From assembly GCA_000934665.2 (NCBI GenBank), contig KZ538482.1, forward strand, positions 1-64,000: a DNA stretch of 64,000 nt. Direction: 5' to 3'. Below are positions 50,422 through 64,000 of the stretch, one piece after another. Every line of letters begins with the position of its first letter. The stretch's first letter is position 1. Below the pieces are notes generated by a model, which was given only the letters and a program-made list of their open reading frames with translations, did no database searches and was not told the origin of the DNA. Position numbers and translations under genes: made by a program. The stretch is from Catajapyx aquilonaris. Lineage: Eukaryota.

Positions 50422-53400
50422 ATGACGCTGGCGGAGCAGGCCTCGAAGCTTCTGGATTTTAACCAGAAGCTGGACATCAACCTGCTGGATAGTGTGGTGG
50501 GATGTATGTACACTGGACTGGGCGAACAGGTGAGTCGATGTTGATAGAGTGGATCTGATTTTTTTTGAAAAGAGTGAAAATGGTAGGAAGTGTGCTGCAT
50601 TGGGACTGGCAGGTGGATGTTGGGCTAGGTCAGGCTTGTTTTTATGACGTACAGGAAACCTTGAGTGTTTCTGTTGCATGCCATGAGCATATGGAAGGGT
50701 GGTTATTGTGGACGAGGAAATGCATTATCCCACTTGTCAACCATTGTATGACTTCGCAATATTTATGCCCAAACCATCAGTGGCAGGCGTGATAAGGGCC
50801 AAGTTTTTGATCATCTGGATATATCTAGATCAGCATGTGTTTGTGATTGGACCCTTGCGTGACTTTCCCAAACCTTAATAGGACCACAGAGTTGTTTGGA
50901 TTTACAATGGATGAAACTGGATTAGCAGTGGATTTTTCCAGATTTTACTGGATTTCTCTGAGTGCATTTCACATGCTTATTGCTTCACTCATTAAAATTT
51001 GAAGTGGGCTTTGGAAATTAGTGACATTTCCCTCAACTTTGAAGCATGGTTTAATTGGGCTAGACTATTTGCATAAAACTTGCGGTGTTTTAATAACAAA
51101 GTTATGCTCATGGCTTTTGTTTACACTCCCATTATCTGTGATGTTTTGATCAGTTTGTGCAGTTGGATTAGCTCAAACCCTGTTTTTACTCTTTACATTA
51201 CAGCAAAGGTTGGCTCAAGAAATTTTGACCACACTAAAGGAGCACCCAGATGCTTGGACTCGAGTGGACACAATCCTTGAATTCTCCACCAACCAGCAGA
51301 CAAAGTATTATGCCCTCCAGATCCTCGAGCAGGTCATCAAGACCCGCTGGAAGGTCCTACCACGCAATCAGTGTGAAGGTAAAAGTTTTTATCGGGAAAC
51401 TTTGCTTGCGGAGCAGAAGTTGTAATGTTGCTTCAAATTTTCAGGTATCAAGAAATACATTGTTGGGCTTATCATAAAGACATCATCTGACCCTGAAACA
51501 TTAGAGCGGGAGAAGGTGTACCTGAACAAACTTAACATGATTCTGGTTCAGGTTAGTTAAACATACAGGCAGAAATATCTGGTTTGAATTTATTTTTTTC
51601 CAGCATTTGATTTCAATTTTCTGGTAGATTCTGAAGCGCGAGTGGCCAAACAACTGGTCATCGTTCATACCTGACATTGTGGGTGCGAGCAAGACAAACG
51701 AGAGCCTATGCCAGAACAATGTAGCCATACTGAAGCTACTGAGCGAAGAAGTGTTTGACTTCTCCTCAGGCCAGTTGACGCAAGCCAAGGCCAAGCACTT
51801 GAAGGACACCATGTGCTCGGAATTCTCTCAGATCTTCCAGCTGTGCCAGTTTGTTATGGACAACTCCCAGAATGCGCCACTGGTTGGAGCCACTCTGGAG
51901 ACGCTGCTCAGGTTTCTCAACTGGATCCCGCTTGGATACATTTTCGAAACCAAGCTGATCAGCACTCTCATTTATAAGGTTGGTGTGGATCTCACTAGCA
52001 TGAAAGCAACCCTCTGCAGATATTATGAGACACTCATATGTCCTTCCATTCTTCCTGCTATCAAAATCGCAGCATACAAGCGTGAAAAGGCTCTTGCACA
52101 AAAATGTGTTTATGCTGGAGGGACAGGACATTTGGATTAACATATAGGGTCACTTTTCATTGCGAATCTTTTTTGGGCCGAGCTATACTTCAATAGCACA
52201 AGGGCATTTCAAATGGGAACATGTTGTGTCCAGTATTTGCATTGTTTTAAACTTTAGAATGGGACGGGAGTGGTACCGATGGAATTTCAGAAATTTTTAT
52301 GCCATTGTTCAATGGTGAAGTGTGTGAAGTCGGAGTAATGCAGGAAAAAGAGGAAGTAATGTTAGCAGTGCAGGAAGCATGATGCAATTCACCCTGAGGT
52401 GCTGATTCATCTTTGTATGAGGCGTGAGGGTAATACATGCTTCAGCAAACTAAAAACTGCCTGACAGATCCTTGCAAACGTTAGTGTAGGCCAGTGACGG
52501 ATGAATATGAATAAATTAATTGAAATAGCCATTGTTTTTTGTAGGGTTGAATATTGGATTATAGTTGTCATTAGAATTCCACAATATCCATATAAATTTA
52601 TTGAGGATGCAAATTGGCAGTAGTTTACGTGTTGTCAAAGTGAGTTTCCGCCACTTTTTATAAGTTGGTGAAGAAGGATTTTATTAATCTGCCAATTTTT
52701 TCCTGCAGTTCTTGAATGTGCCACTCTTTCGGAATGTGACACTCAAATGTCTGACGGAGATCGCAGGAGTGACGGTGGCCCATTACGATGAGATGTTCAT
52801 CATGCTGTTTGTCCAGACGATGGCCCAGCTGGAGCAGATGCTTCCCTTGGAGACAAATGTGCGAGAGGCATATGCCCACGGGCAGGACCAGGAGCAACAA
52901 TTTATCCAGAACTTGGCTCTGTTCTTGTGCACATACCTCAAGGAGCACTCCAGCCTGGTGGAAAAGAAGCAGCCAGACGTGCTGCTCAAGGCCCTGCAGT
53001 ACCTCTTGCTCATCTCGGAAGTGGAGGAGGTCGAGATATTCAAGATATGCCTGGAATACTGGAACGCGCTGGCAGCTGATCTGTATCGGGAGAACCCCTT
53101 CCCTGCGCCCTCCTCGCCCCCCATGCTGCCATTCCTCACCAAAACGACTGCCATGCCCAGGAGACAGTTTTACGGGCCTGTTCTTTCAAAGGTCCGTTTC
53201 ATTTTGGGATTGTACTCTCTGGAGTAATAACCTTTTATTTTTTATTTTTTACTGCTGCTGACATTGTGCCCATACAAAAGGAACTAAAACCTTCTCTCTT
53301 GCTGTGCAGCTGAGGTATATAATGATCAGCCGCATGGCCAAACCAGAAGAAGTGCTTGTGGTGGAGAATGAGAATGGGGAGGTGGTCCGTGAGTTCATGA

Positions 53401-56400
53401 AGGACACGGATTCTATCAACCTGTACAAGAACATGCGTGAGACCCTGGTCTACCTCACTCATTTGGATTACGTGGACACCGAGCGAATCATGACAGAGAA
53501 ACTGCAGAATCAGGTCAATGGAACCGAGTGGTCCTGGAAGAATCTGAACACGGTGGGCAGATCGTTAATTGAAATTGTTAGGCTAGAAGCCTCTTCCTTT
53601 CGAAGCTCTTGAATACATGTGCGTTTTTTTTTTTTTTTGAACCGTTTGCAGTTGTGTTGGGCTATTGGGAGCGTGTCTGGTGCTATGCATGAGGAGGATG
53701 AGAAGCGCTTCCTGGTGATAGTGATCAAGGACCTGCTGGGCCTCTGCGAGCAGAAGAAGGGCAAGGACAACAAGGCCATAATTGCATCAAACATTATGTA
53801 TGTTGTAGGCCAGTACCCACGTTTCCTAAGAGCCCACTGGAAGTTTCTCAAGACTGTGGCCAACAAACTATTTGAATTCATGCATGGTAAGTGCACCTAT
53901 TTGCTTATTTCTAGACAAATGTGAATGACTATTTTTGGGGGATCAGGAGATGACTGCATGTATTAAAATTGCAGCTTGTAATCATTCAGTAGCTTGCTTT
54001 TTATCATTCTGGAAATCTGTATTGTTTCTTTTCTGAACGTTGCTGTAATTTTTCTGAGTTAAAAGGGCAAGTTGGCAAGTCTAGACACATTGGGAATCGT
54101 GCGTGTAAAGCTTTGGCAGCAGATAAACATAATAGTTTGTCAAATATATTTTCAACATTTTACTGATGAGTTTGTGAGGGGGGGAAATTAACAAGTAATG
54201 ACCTTTTGCACGTGATGATAATCAAATTCTCTAGGCGCCGCATTAGGATGTAAGACTTGGGTGTACACATAAAAAAGGGGAGAAAAAGGAAGGGTGAATA
54301 CTTATCTGATATCGGAAACTAAATCAAATTCTTGCTGTCGAGAGTGGCTTGATTGCCATTTACTTTCTGTCCTGCCAAAAATTACATCCCAACATGGAAA
54401 TTATGTGTACTGGAGATGTGTCGCAACTTGTCAACTTTCCTATGTGTGCAAGTTGATGCAGTGAGAGTCTAATGGGAATTTGGAATGTAGCAATGATTTT
54501 TTTATTTATTTTTGGCTAAAATTGCTATGAGAAAAAAAAAAATTAATGCAAATGTGGTGCAGTGTTGAAGCTGAGATATTAATCAAGTGCCATCACCAAT
54601 TTCCTTGCCAGTGTGTGTGTCGTGAGTGGTGACCATGATCCTTCATCATTAGTAACAAGTAGGAACTTTAGCTAGTAGTCACATGAGAATTTTTCATTAT
54701 TATTTGAATATGAAATTTGGCCTGAGACTAAGAGAGGTTTTTCATGCTGCTCCCCATCCGAACCCCCTATTCCCGTCAATCCCCCGCTGCTTCTTTGATG
54801 CGCCTTTGCAGAAACTCATGACGGCGTGCAGGACATGGCTTGCGACACCTTCATCAAGATAGCGCAGAAGTGCAGGCGTCACTTCGTTACTGTGCAGGTT
54901 GGGGAAGTGATGCCCTTCATCGAGGAGATCCTGAGCACCATCTCCACCATCATCTGCGACCTGCAGCCTCAGCAAGTGCACACCTTTTACGAGGCTGTGG
55001 GCTGCATGATCAGTGCGCAGTCGGACCAGTCAGTGCAGGAGCATCTCATAGAGAAATACATGTTGCTGCCCAACCAGGTCTGGGATGATATCATCGGTCA
55101 GGCTTCAAAGGTAAGGCAACTGAGGATTTTAAGGAGAATTTCTGTGCTGTTGGAATTATCAATTTTATGGTCCAACTTGTACAGCACGTTATTTATCGTT
55201 ACAATTTTATTGGCTTTTTATGTACTAATGTTGTCATCAAGAGGAGGCGCCGAATAATCTGGTACATTAAGTAATACTTTGATGATTTTCACACACGCAG
55301 AATGTGGATGTGTTGAAAGACCAGGAGGCAGTGAAGCAGCTAGCGAGCATCTTGAAGACAAATGTGCGTGCATGCAAGGCCCTTGGTCACCCGTACGTGA
55401 TCCAGCTAGGTCGCATTTACTTGGACATGTTGAATGTGTACAAGGTGATGAGTGAGAACATCAGCGCAGCGATTGCCCTGAACGGGGAAGCAGTGACCAA
55501 GCAGCCGCTCATAAAGAGCATGCGGGTGGTAAAGAAGGAAACCCTCAAACTTATATCGGATTGGGTGAGTCGCTCGAGCGACCCCCAAATGGTACTGGAG
55601 AACTTCATCCCCCATCTGCTTGACGCTGTGCTGCTGGACTACAGGCGCACTGCTGTGCCCTCGGCCAGGGAGCCAGAGGTCCTTGCCTGCATGGCCACCG
55701 TGGTTAACAAGCTGGAGAGGCACTTGACGGCGCAAGTGCCCAAGATCTTTGATGCTGTCTTCGAGTGCACCTTGGCCATGATCAACAAAGACTTTGAGGA
55801 GTATCCTGAGCACAGGACAAATTTCTTCCTTTTGTTGCAGGTCTGTTGCGCTCATTCGTCTTCATGCTTCATACTTTTATTTCATTTCATATATTTGTAT
55901 GGGATTGATGTGACAGTTATGCAGCCCATCATGTTGATAAAAAATGTAGTTTTTGGAGTAGAACACTTCCACATCTTGATCTAGACAAGTTGAACTGATC
56001 CCGCAACTGTTGCACTTTTCGATTGTTACAGGCTGTGAATAGTCATTGCTTCCCTGCCTTCCTGGGCATCCCACCAGCGCAGTTTAAGTTGGTGCTAGAC
56101 TCCATCATCTGGGCTTTCAAGCATACCATGCGCAATGTGGCTGATACAGGACTTCAGGTCAGTGTGTTTTTGCCTGATATACGTAGTTCATTTAATCTCA
56201 AGTCCATTGTATTTTCCGACAGATATTGTACCAGCTCTTGCAAAATGTGGGCCAACACGAGCAGGCAGCTCAAAGCTTCTACCAGACCTATTTCATGGAC
56301 ATTCTGCAACACACATTCTCTGTAGTAACGGACACATCTCATACTGCAGGTACGGATATTTCAGGGTTCTGAGTGGTTCAGTTTAATTCCATTATTGGTT

Positions 56401-57076
56401 CTGTGTTGGGCATGGAATTGCCAGTCTTACATTTTAAAAATTGATGTCATAATTAATACAAATCGTTGCATATGTTGTCCTCGGATGTTTGTGTTGGGTA
56501 GTGTACTTTTAAATTGCCTTTTATTCATCCCTAGGCTTGACGATGCACGCCACCATTCTGGCGTATATGTTCAGCTTAGTGGAGATGGGAAAGGTGACTG
56601 TGGCACTTAATCCGGCGCTGCAGGGCCCTGGAGTTCCCTTCAACAACGTGGCATACGTGCAGGAATGCGTAGCCGGCCTCTTACGCATGGCCTTTCCCCA
56701 CCTCAACGACGACCAGATTAAGATCACCGTCCAGGGGTTTTTCAACCTTGACCAGGACATTGCAGCCTTCAAGGAGCACCTCAGGGACTTCCTTGTGCAG
56801 ATAAGAGTGAGCATTTGGCTGCTTTGTTCATTAGGAGCCTAGCTTAGGCTGCCCTAGTTCCATAAGTGGGACATGTTTCTGTTACGGGTTGCTGATTGTG
56901 TGTTTTTTTTTTTTCTTTTCTTGCCAAAGGAGTTCACAGGAGAAGACAACTCAGACCTGTACCTGGAGGAAAGGGAGGGCGCTCTGAGGAAGGCGCAAGA
57001 GGAGAAGAGGCGCATCCAAATGTCTGTTCCCGGCATCCTCAATCCACATGAGATGCCGGAGGAGATGCAGGACTAG
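50422..57076 (+). CDS. XPO1: Exportin-1 / CRM1 (embargoed)
   Basis: Exons 50422-50529, 51204-51378, 51445-51551, 51628-51978, 52709-53191, 53310-53552, 53652-53886, 54812-55110, 55301-55840, 56032-56157, 56223-56349, 56535-56806, 56930-57076. Hallmarks [55 protein letters not shown] and [16 protein letters not shown]. Non-coding first exon(s) probably near 48700-48960. Confidence 0.97.
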
Positions 57077-58819
57077 AAGGGAAAAAAAACACGTTCTCTA
57101 CACTCTTTTTTTATTTTATTATCATTAATTATTACCATTCTATTTTTGACCTTGTTCATCGACCTCCCCACTCAGAAAAAAAGGGAAAAAGATACATGGG
57201 ATATGAATGCACTTTTGCGGGAGGAACCGGCATGCGATCGATGATGGATGCTGCTTTTTTTTTTAGTGTGGTGAGTGCGTCGAAGCAAGTTTACAGTGTG
57301 GGTGGGTGTTGTGTGTGATTGTTGTTTTCCCGCTTCTCCCCATTGTTACCCTCTACTCCCCCCCAACCCGCGTACTTTCCCGGTTTTCTTTTTGAATTTT
57401 CGGTTGTTTTATTTGGACACGAGTAGCTCTGATTGCTGCATTGTTGTGGGGGAAAGGCTGGTACTGGAAAGTGATAAGTTTTGCCAGGCCACAACATTGA
57501 CAAAAAAAGGGGGCTGCATTTTTTATTATTATAATATTGCAAAGTCACTTATACAGGGTGGTTATTCCTAAGGCAGTTTACACGATTCAAATGCGAACTA
57601 CATGTGCAAGTGCGTGAAAAAGTGGAAGAATGGATGATGGGCCCCCCCCCTCCCGAAGTCGCAGAGTACAAACCAGGGATCCATAAGTGACAGCAGAGCA
57701 ACCATAATCTCGGCATCGACTGAATGCGAAACTGGAATAGCTAGGTTTGAAACCACCCCAGTGCAGCACTTTATTCCCCCTCTTCCCCCTCACTATTATA
57801 TAGCTTTATGGAAGTTGGTTCCTACCCTGAAGTCACCCCCTTCTTTTTTTAAAAAACAAAAACTTGTCTCCTGCCCCCATTACTCGCTTCCCTAATGTCG
57901 CAGCACACACTATAGGTCGTAGGCGAGAGTGAGAAAATTTGTGTGTCCACACGTGCAGAATTTTTTGAAGCGAAACGTGAGTTTATCCGACTCCTTCCCC
58001 CCTCTCCACCTGTTATGGATGTGAAAATGGAACTGGTAAGAAGGAAAGTGGTGTGTGGTTGATGAGTGATGACTCGGAAAAAAAGTTTTTTTTTTTAAAA
58101 AAAAGAACCCTCCAGTTGGTGGAAGCGTGTGTGTCGATGTGTGCGTGTGTACTGGGTTCGCGTGTGTTATGCTCTCTTCCGGAGCAAAGATTCCTGATGT
58201 ATTTATTAGCTTGTTAACCCTTGGAGGGGGGTTGGTGTCGATTTCACATGAACTTAAAAAAAAATCATCCCCTCCGCCCACTCCTGTGTATGCCTGCGAT
58301 TCATTTTTAATCTTTCTCTCAGGGTCATCTCTCCCCCGATAGGAATTACATTTTATTGATAATTAAATACCGAGTCGGTTCGGTCTTGGGAATGAAAAAT
58401 TTTTGGTACCATTTATAAAGCTAAAAGGGTTTAGCACGATTGAGAGAAACTGAGAGACTCCCTCCCACTCCCGACATCCCTTGACATATTCAAAATAAAA
58501 CCATCTTTTCACACAATTTTTGTTTGAGCAAAAACCTGCATTTTCCCCCTTTCTGTTGTAAGAAAGCGGGAACAGGTGTGGACAAAAGGGAGCCCCCTCC
58601 CTCAATCTCCTCCCACCCACCCTCCACCCTCCTAACCCTTTTTTCTCCTATCCACATTTTTTTTTTTTTTTCAATTAGTGTGTGTTAGCGTTGCCACTTT
58701 ATGTGTATGTTTGTCAGACCAAAAAGGAAAAATAAAAAGTAATTTTACAGAACAAAAAGTGAACATCTGGGCTCGGCTTATGTTAACCCTAGTTCATTTC
58801 TTCGTTTGGCAGTGGCTTA

Positions 58820-58945
58820 CGGCTGGTTGCACCGAGCACGGTATATGATAAACCAGTGGTTCTTTTGGAAGCGCATACAACTTTGTATGGGTTTTCCCAA
58901 ATGAACCGCAGGTTTATCGTATAAAGCGCTCGGTGCGACCGGCCC
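58820..58945. mobile_element. PIF/Harbinger-like (Tourist) MITE
   Basis: TTA on both sides (58817-58819, 58946-58948). Imperfect ~34-bp TIRs GGCTGGTTGCACCGAGCAC...GATAAACC / GGTTTATC...GCGCTCGGTGCGACCGGCC. Confidence 0.75.
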
Positions 58946-60628
58946 TTAGGAGCGTTTAGAGAGGAGTGTGTGAGAGAAAGTGAGGGCTTCTCCAATTATT
59001 ATTTTTTTAGCTGATCAGAAGCACAGTACTGAGCGAGCATGTCTTTGATGTACTTTTGGTGTGATTGTTGCTATTCCCAAAATTGAGCCAGTGATTTGCA
59101 TTTTTGATTTGCTGGGAATTGAGGCAGCGTTTAGGAACTGTCCCGATCATGTTTCTGAGCAGTGGTAATTGATTTTCCCATTGTGTTGGAACCTGAAAAG
59201 TGTATTGGAATGCAATAAATATGAATTACATCAAAATAAAAAAATATTGGTTATGACAAGAAAGTCATACTTGGGACACTTCGACCTACAAGCAGTTGGG
59301 CAGAGCAACAGGATGGGCCACCTTGTAGGGTATGAAACACAGGGTGGAATTATTGCAAGATTTCCATCCACTCGTGATGTAATGTACTTTACAGGTTGAA
59401 CACGGGTTGAACCGTGCAATTTTTCCAACGACGATGGGCAAACACAATATTAATCTATTTCTCGGAAAGTACGACGATTTCAGCAAATTCATCTGGCATG
59501 GTTCTCATGGTTGTTTTGTGCTGGACATTATTTGGTTGGATATCTGGAATATTTGGGTTTTAATGTTTTTTAAAAGTCGCATTTTAATATTTTAAAAAAT
59601 CATAAACAAGTAATATTTTTTCAGACATTTTTTTTCGCAGTTTGAATGGTGAGCTTCAATGTTCACCGAGCATGTGCTCCCACCTATCCTGCGATCCCCC
59701 AACTACTAACAGAAGCCCCCACGAGACATTATCTGCTTTTATCGCCACTTACTATACCATAAGCAGTTTCAAAAATGATAACCACACACTTGCTAATTAC
59801 GGATAAGCAAGTCGTGCAAATAATTATAATGAGAGTTACCCATGTAGCACACTGAGGACATCGCAAGTCACATGATGTCTGCGGGAGGGTTGATCTCGTT
59901 CTTATCTGTCCAAATTTATATCGCGTTTCTCAAAGTCTTAAAATTAGATCTGATGGTTGACCCCCTGACAGGAATGTCCTCAACTATTTGGCAGCCGACA
60001 TGCTTCCCCCAAACCCGTCCCAAATCAACCGGATATATCAGCAAAGTACAGGATCCGGCATCTGTTTTAACACCCCCATCCTATTTATACCGAAGAGACA
60101 AAACCAGACTGCCTGTCTTTGACCTCCCCCTTTTGAAATCCAGTTACCAACCCGGATAACACCCACCTGTAAATCCCTCCTGAAGGCCAAACCGATAGTC
60201 CTCCCCTAAAATGCTAAAATGGGAGCCAAATGCGTTGGCTTTTCCCCGAAAACCTGATCCGAAAATTCCTATCTCCTTCCCCCCCACAACCATTCACCTT
60301 TTCAAAAATCTTCAAAGCGTCTAGCCCAAGGCTAAAAAACCACGTTTTTGAGTCGCGCTCATTCATAAACTATGCATGATTTTTAGATGCGTCTCAATCG
60401 CGATTATTTCGCTCCGGATGATTTTGACTCGCCGATTGGGTAACCCGTAGCTAAAATGGGAGGAGACTTTGTTAGGGGTTGGAGTCTGCTCCATTGGACG
60501 GGAGACGACACGCCTCCTCCCGCCTGCGTGATAAGGACCGTCACTTTGAGGTATATATCCATCATCATTAATTGGGAGGCAAAACTTGACAATTAATCAT
60601 AATCAAACATTAGCGCACTGTGCTGGAC

Positions 60629-61216
60629 ATGGGGACCACTTGGGGGATTTGCAAATATGCCAACATGACATTAATGGTGCCGTACTGGTGGCGCCACCAG
60701 TAGATGACGGCAAATTTATCGCTGTTTTTCCGCCGTGGATGGTGGCACCACCAGTCAACTACTGCATGGTGTCGTACTGGTGGCGCCACCATTTTTCCTC
60801 AGTCGTCTTGTGGCGCCACCAGTAGTTGACTGGTGGTGCCACGATCCAACAGCGGAAAAACAGCGATAAATTTGCCGCCATCAACTGGTGGCGCCACCAT
60901 CACACGCATTTTTCCGCAGTCGGCTTGTGGCGCCACCAGTAAGACACTATACAGTAGTTGACTGGTGGCGCCACACGTTGACATATTGCCAAACTCCAAG
61001 TGGTCCCCGCAACCGGCCCATAGGTTTGTGTATCCGCTGAATATAGGGATGTATCCGCAAGGAAGGTTATGGCCGGTTGGGGGCATCCCTTGGGCAATAT
61101 GTCAACCGGTCTTCCTATATAATTATAGTCTAGGGGGACTAACCTTCCGGATACAGCCCTATCTTCAGCGGATACAGCCATATCGTCAGCGGATACACAA
61201 ACCTGCCGGTTGCGGC
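60629..61216. repeat. Composite foldback element with repeated TGGTGGCGCCACCA palindromes upstream of Gsc
   Basis: Large hairpin at about 60629-61006 and a second at about 61006-61216 (GCAACCGGC...GGTTTGTGTATCCGCTGA / TCAGCGGATACACAAACC..GCCGGTTGC). Confidence 0.75.
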
Positions 61217-61537
61217 GACCACTACTTTGGGGGTTTGCATATGTGCGTCAGGCTGCTGGGGTGAACAATCCATTTTGGAGGACAATAACTGCATGTAATA
61301 TGTACATAATCTTGAGCAATACCTGGAAGTAGGCGTGGCTTTTCAGTGTTCCCGCCCACTTTTTCCAGCCCTCCCTCCCCCCCTTTTCCCACCCTTCCTC
61401 CCGCCCCCTTTTTTTCACCAGACCCCTCATCTGGAAGGCAGCACTTCAGTCCAAGCCGTATTATCCGGGTGGTTAGTAGTTGGCTGGGGTCCTCGCCGAA
61501 TACAATATCTTTTTTTTAAAAAAAGTGTTCCGTGGGA

Positions 61538-62250
61538 ATGGTGGAGACAAGCACTGCGGCTGCCGCGGGGTCGGCGGCTTCCCAACAGAGGACTATCAGC
61601 AGCTTAGGAAGCAACAGTAGGTCATCAGGGTCTTGGCCTTTGAGTGCGGCTGTGGCTCTTCTGCAGCATCCGCATCACCATCATCACCAGCAGCAATTGG
61701 GATTGCTGTTGGCGCATCACCAACAGCATATGCCTGCAGGTAGGTTCACACACACTAGTTGTTGCTCTTTAACAACTTAACATTGCTGTGTTTCCTTCAG
61801 GGCGTGTTCAGGAGGAAGATTCAGACCACCGGAACACCGGTCGCAACTCACTTCTGGGCATTGCAGCGGCCGCTCTGATGGAAGAGTCACTCCGATTTCC
61901 ATTGTTGCCTGCTTCTTCCTCAACATCTTCACCACCACCGCCGCCTCCTCCACCCCATTCTTTGGCCTACCTACCAACATTCCCATGCTACCTCAACACA
62001 TCATCACCATCACCATCATCCTCCCAACAACAGCCAACATCCCAACGACCATCATCCGGCTCATCACTCTTCTCAATCGAGCGAATCCTGGCTCCAACCC
62101 CATCCATGCCAACCCAGCATCACCAACAGCACCCACATCACCCACATCACCATCCACATCACCCCCGTCTCCCAACCACCATCCTTCTACCACCACCAAC
62201 ATTACCGTTTCATCCAATCGCAAACTTCCCATCATCCGCAGATTTTCTAG
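61538..62250 (+). CDS. Gsc: Homeobox protein Goosecoid, 5' part (homeodomain not seen in the window)
   Basis: Exons 61538-61739 and 61801-62250, phase-consistent, ending in GTAAGT. Start MVETS, eh1 motif SLFSIERIL and exon end PSSADFL parallel Drosophila Gsc (MVETN..., SLFTIDSIL, SPSDFL) as recalled. Confidence 0.72.
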
Positions 62251-64000
62251 GTAAGTCGATTTTAAGCGCATGATTGCTCAAAAACGTGATTAGATCGCGG
62301 ATAATTAATTGGCGATAAAAGTACAGGGTGGCACAGTTAGTTTCTTGTTGATATCGGCGAACCCGACCAATACAGCATTGTACTATAACGATAAAAAAGA
62401 TTGTCGTGTGAACACGACAATCTTTTTTATCGTTATAGTACCACCATTGGTGTCCGCGGGAATCTTTTTCCGCGGCATTCTTTTTACGTGTTATAGTAAC
62501 GGAACTTATCGAAAGCTTCTCCCCTCTTGAAGATTACGCATTTTTTTTATTATTCTTCTTCAATTTCTATACACCGTAGCATTATAATAATGCTCTTATT
62601 TACTCTCGAATTCACGCCGCCTGAATGTTCAATGTGGCGACAACTTTTTTTAAAGGTATTGTCATATGGAAATGTCGAAAATCGGACTTAGTTCGGTTGC
62701 TTGCAAGTTTTTTTAAAAGTTTTGATCACATTATTTTTCTTCGGGTCTTATATTCGATCGTGACTCTTAATATTTTGGGGGGGTTTTGAAAGCCGGAAGT
62801 TGTCGCTTGACTAGGTAGTCGCTTGACTAGGTAGGCGACAGCACGAAATTTTTTTTACGGATGGGGAATAAATATGACGCTTAAAAATTTTTGCGATTTG
62901 TGTTCACACGGTGTCGTTTTAGTGCAGGGTCGATACGTCATTAATTATTTTGTAATTGAATAAACCATGTAAGATGTGCTTCCCCATTCATGTTTGGTAA
63001 CAAACACATTACTATTGCATTACTCTGCCGGAGTTTCATGAAAAGTACGGTGCTAGTTATTTAGCTTTGTTTGGTTTGCGCCCACTGCAGATATGATCTA
63101 CTGTGTACATATTTTTAAAAAGTACTCATTTTTTTAAAAAATGTTAAAAAAAATTCATTCGCGACCTAGGGCCCATTTTGCAAGTAACATTACTATTTAC
63201 TCTGCGAGATACAAGAAATGAAACTGGTATAATTAGCACTAGTAACGTACATTTTGTATTTTTAAGCAGGAATTAATGTGCCTACGCCGAAAGTGTGGAT
63301 TGTTGACTCCAGCAACTGCCCTGAAATAATTAACAGTTTTGTAACCGCAATATTGATCCAATCAGCACTCAAAATCCTTTTTAGTATTTTTTTCCTGGGG
63401 CAAATTTTTTTTGATTGTAGACCATATGGGATCGGAGGGGTCCGCCATTTCCCAGTTGGATTGATGGCCCCCCTTGTTCCAACAGCTTTTTAACATCTGC
63501 TGAGTGCTTCTTCCAGATCGAATTTCACACGTGGTGACAAATGCGGGTTTGGCCTCAAGTTTTATCTTATCACAGATTTTTGGGTAAGAGGATGAGTTGT
63601 CGTCACCAGCAAAGCCACGCTGTCTGTAAATGCCATGGTATGTGGCAAATACCCTTGTGAGTAAAGCCGGAAAATGGGGCTAAAATTAGGGCACTACGAC
63701 CTTCAAGGAGACAAAGAATGGCCTTCAGTGTTTTCCCAATAGAAAGTTGTCTCAAAATTTATGGTTTAACTATTATTTTAAAATCACTAAAAAGAATAGT
63801 TGCTGAAATTTAACAATCGGTAGCTTATTTATCTGCAAACTCTTGGGAATTTGCGTTCACATTTTGTATAGGCGCGTACCATTTTCATATTCCCCCCAAA
63901 AAAATGTCTGATAGCATAATACCACACTGGTCAGGATTTTTTTTTTTTTTTACAAATTTTGTTATATACTTTCTACGAAAAAAAAAATCGTTCGTTCTAC

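Overview
Eukaryotic, intron-containing DNA from an arthropod, most likely a hexapod (inferred from the cactus and Gsc proteins and the SINE type; species not determinable). Gene order from manual splicing: HYLS1 (-), three tandem RNase T2 paralogues (+), UBXN1 (-), a ~13 kb ORF-free regulatory interval, cactus/IkB (+), Hop/STIP1 (+), exportin-1/CRM1 (+) and the first two coding exons of Goosecoid (+). Also present are tRNA-derived SINEs, several MITE/foldback elements and transposase remnants. Main observations: (1) the middle RNase T2 paralogue has gained a classical GPI-anchor-like C-terminal tail and a His-to-Tyr change in CAS II, suggesting a membrane-tethered RNase T2; (2) a ~20 kb domain around cactus is dense in NF-kB-like sites and holds a candidate alternative first coding exon 10 kb upstream; (3) a perfect 46-bp palindrome lies next to the last HYLS1 splice donor; (4) three SINE copies share a head and core but have different tails. 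Gene names come from recalled family motifs, not database searches, and exon models have no transcript support.
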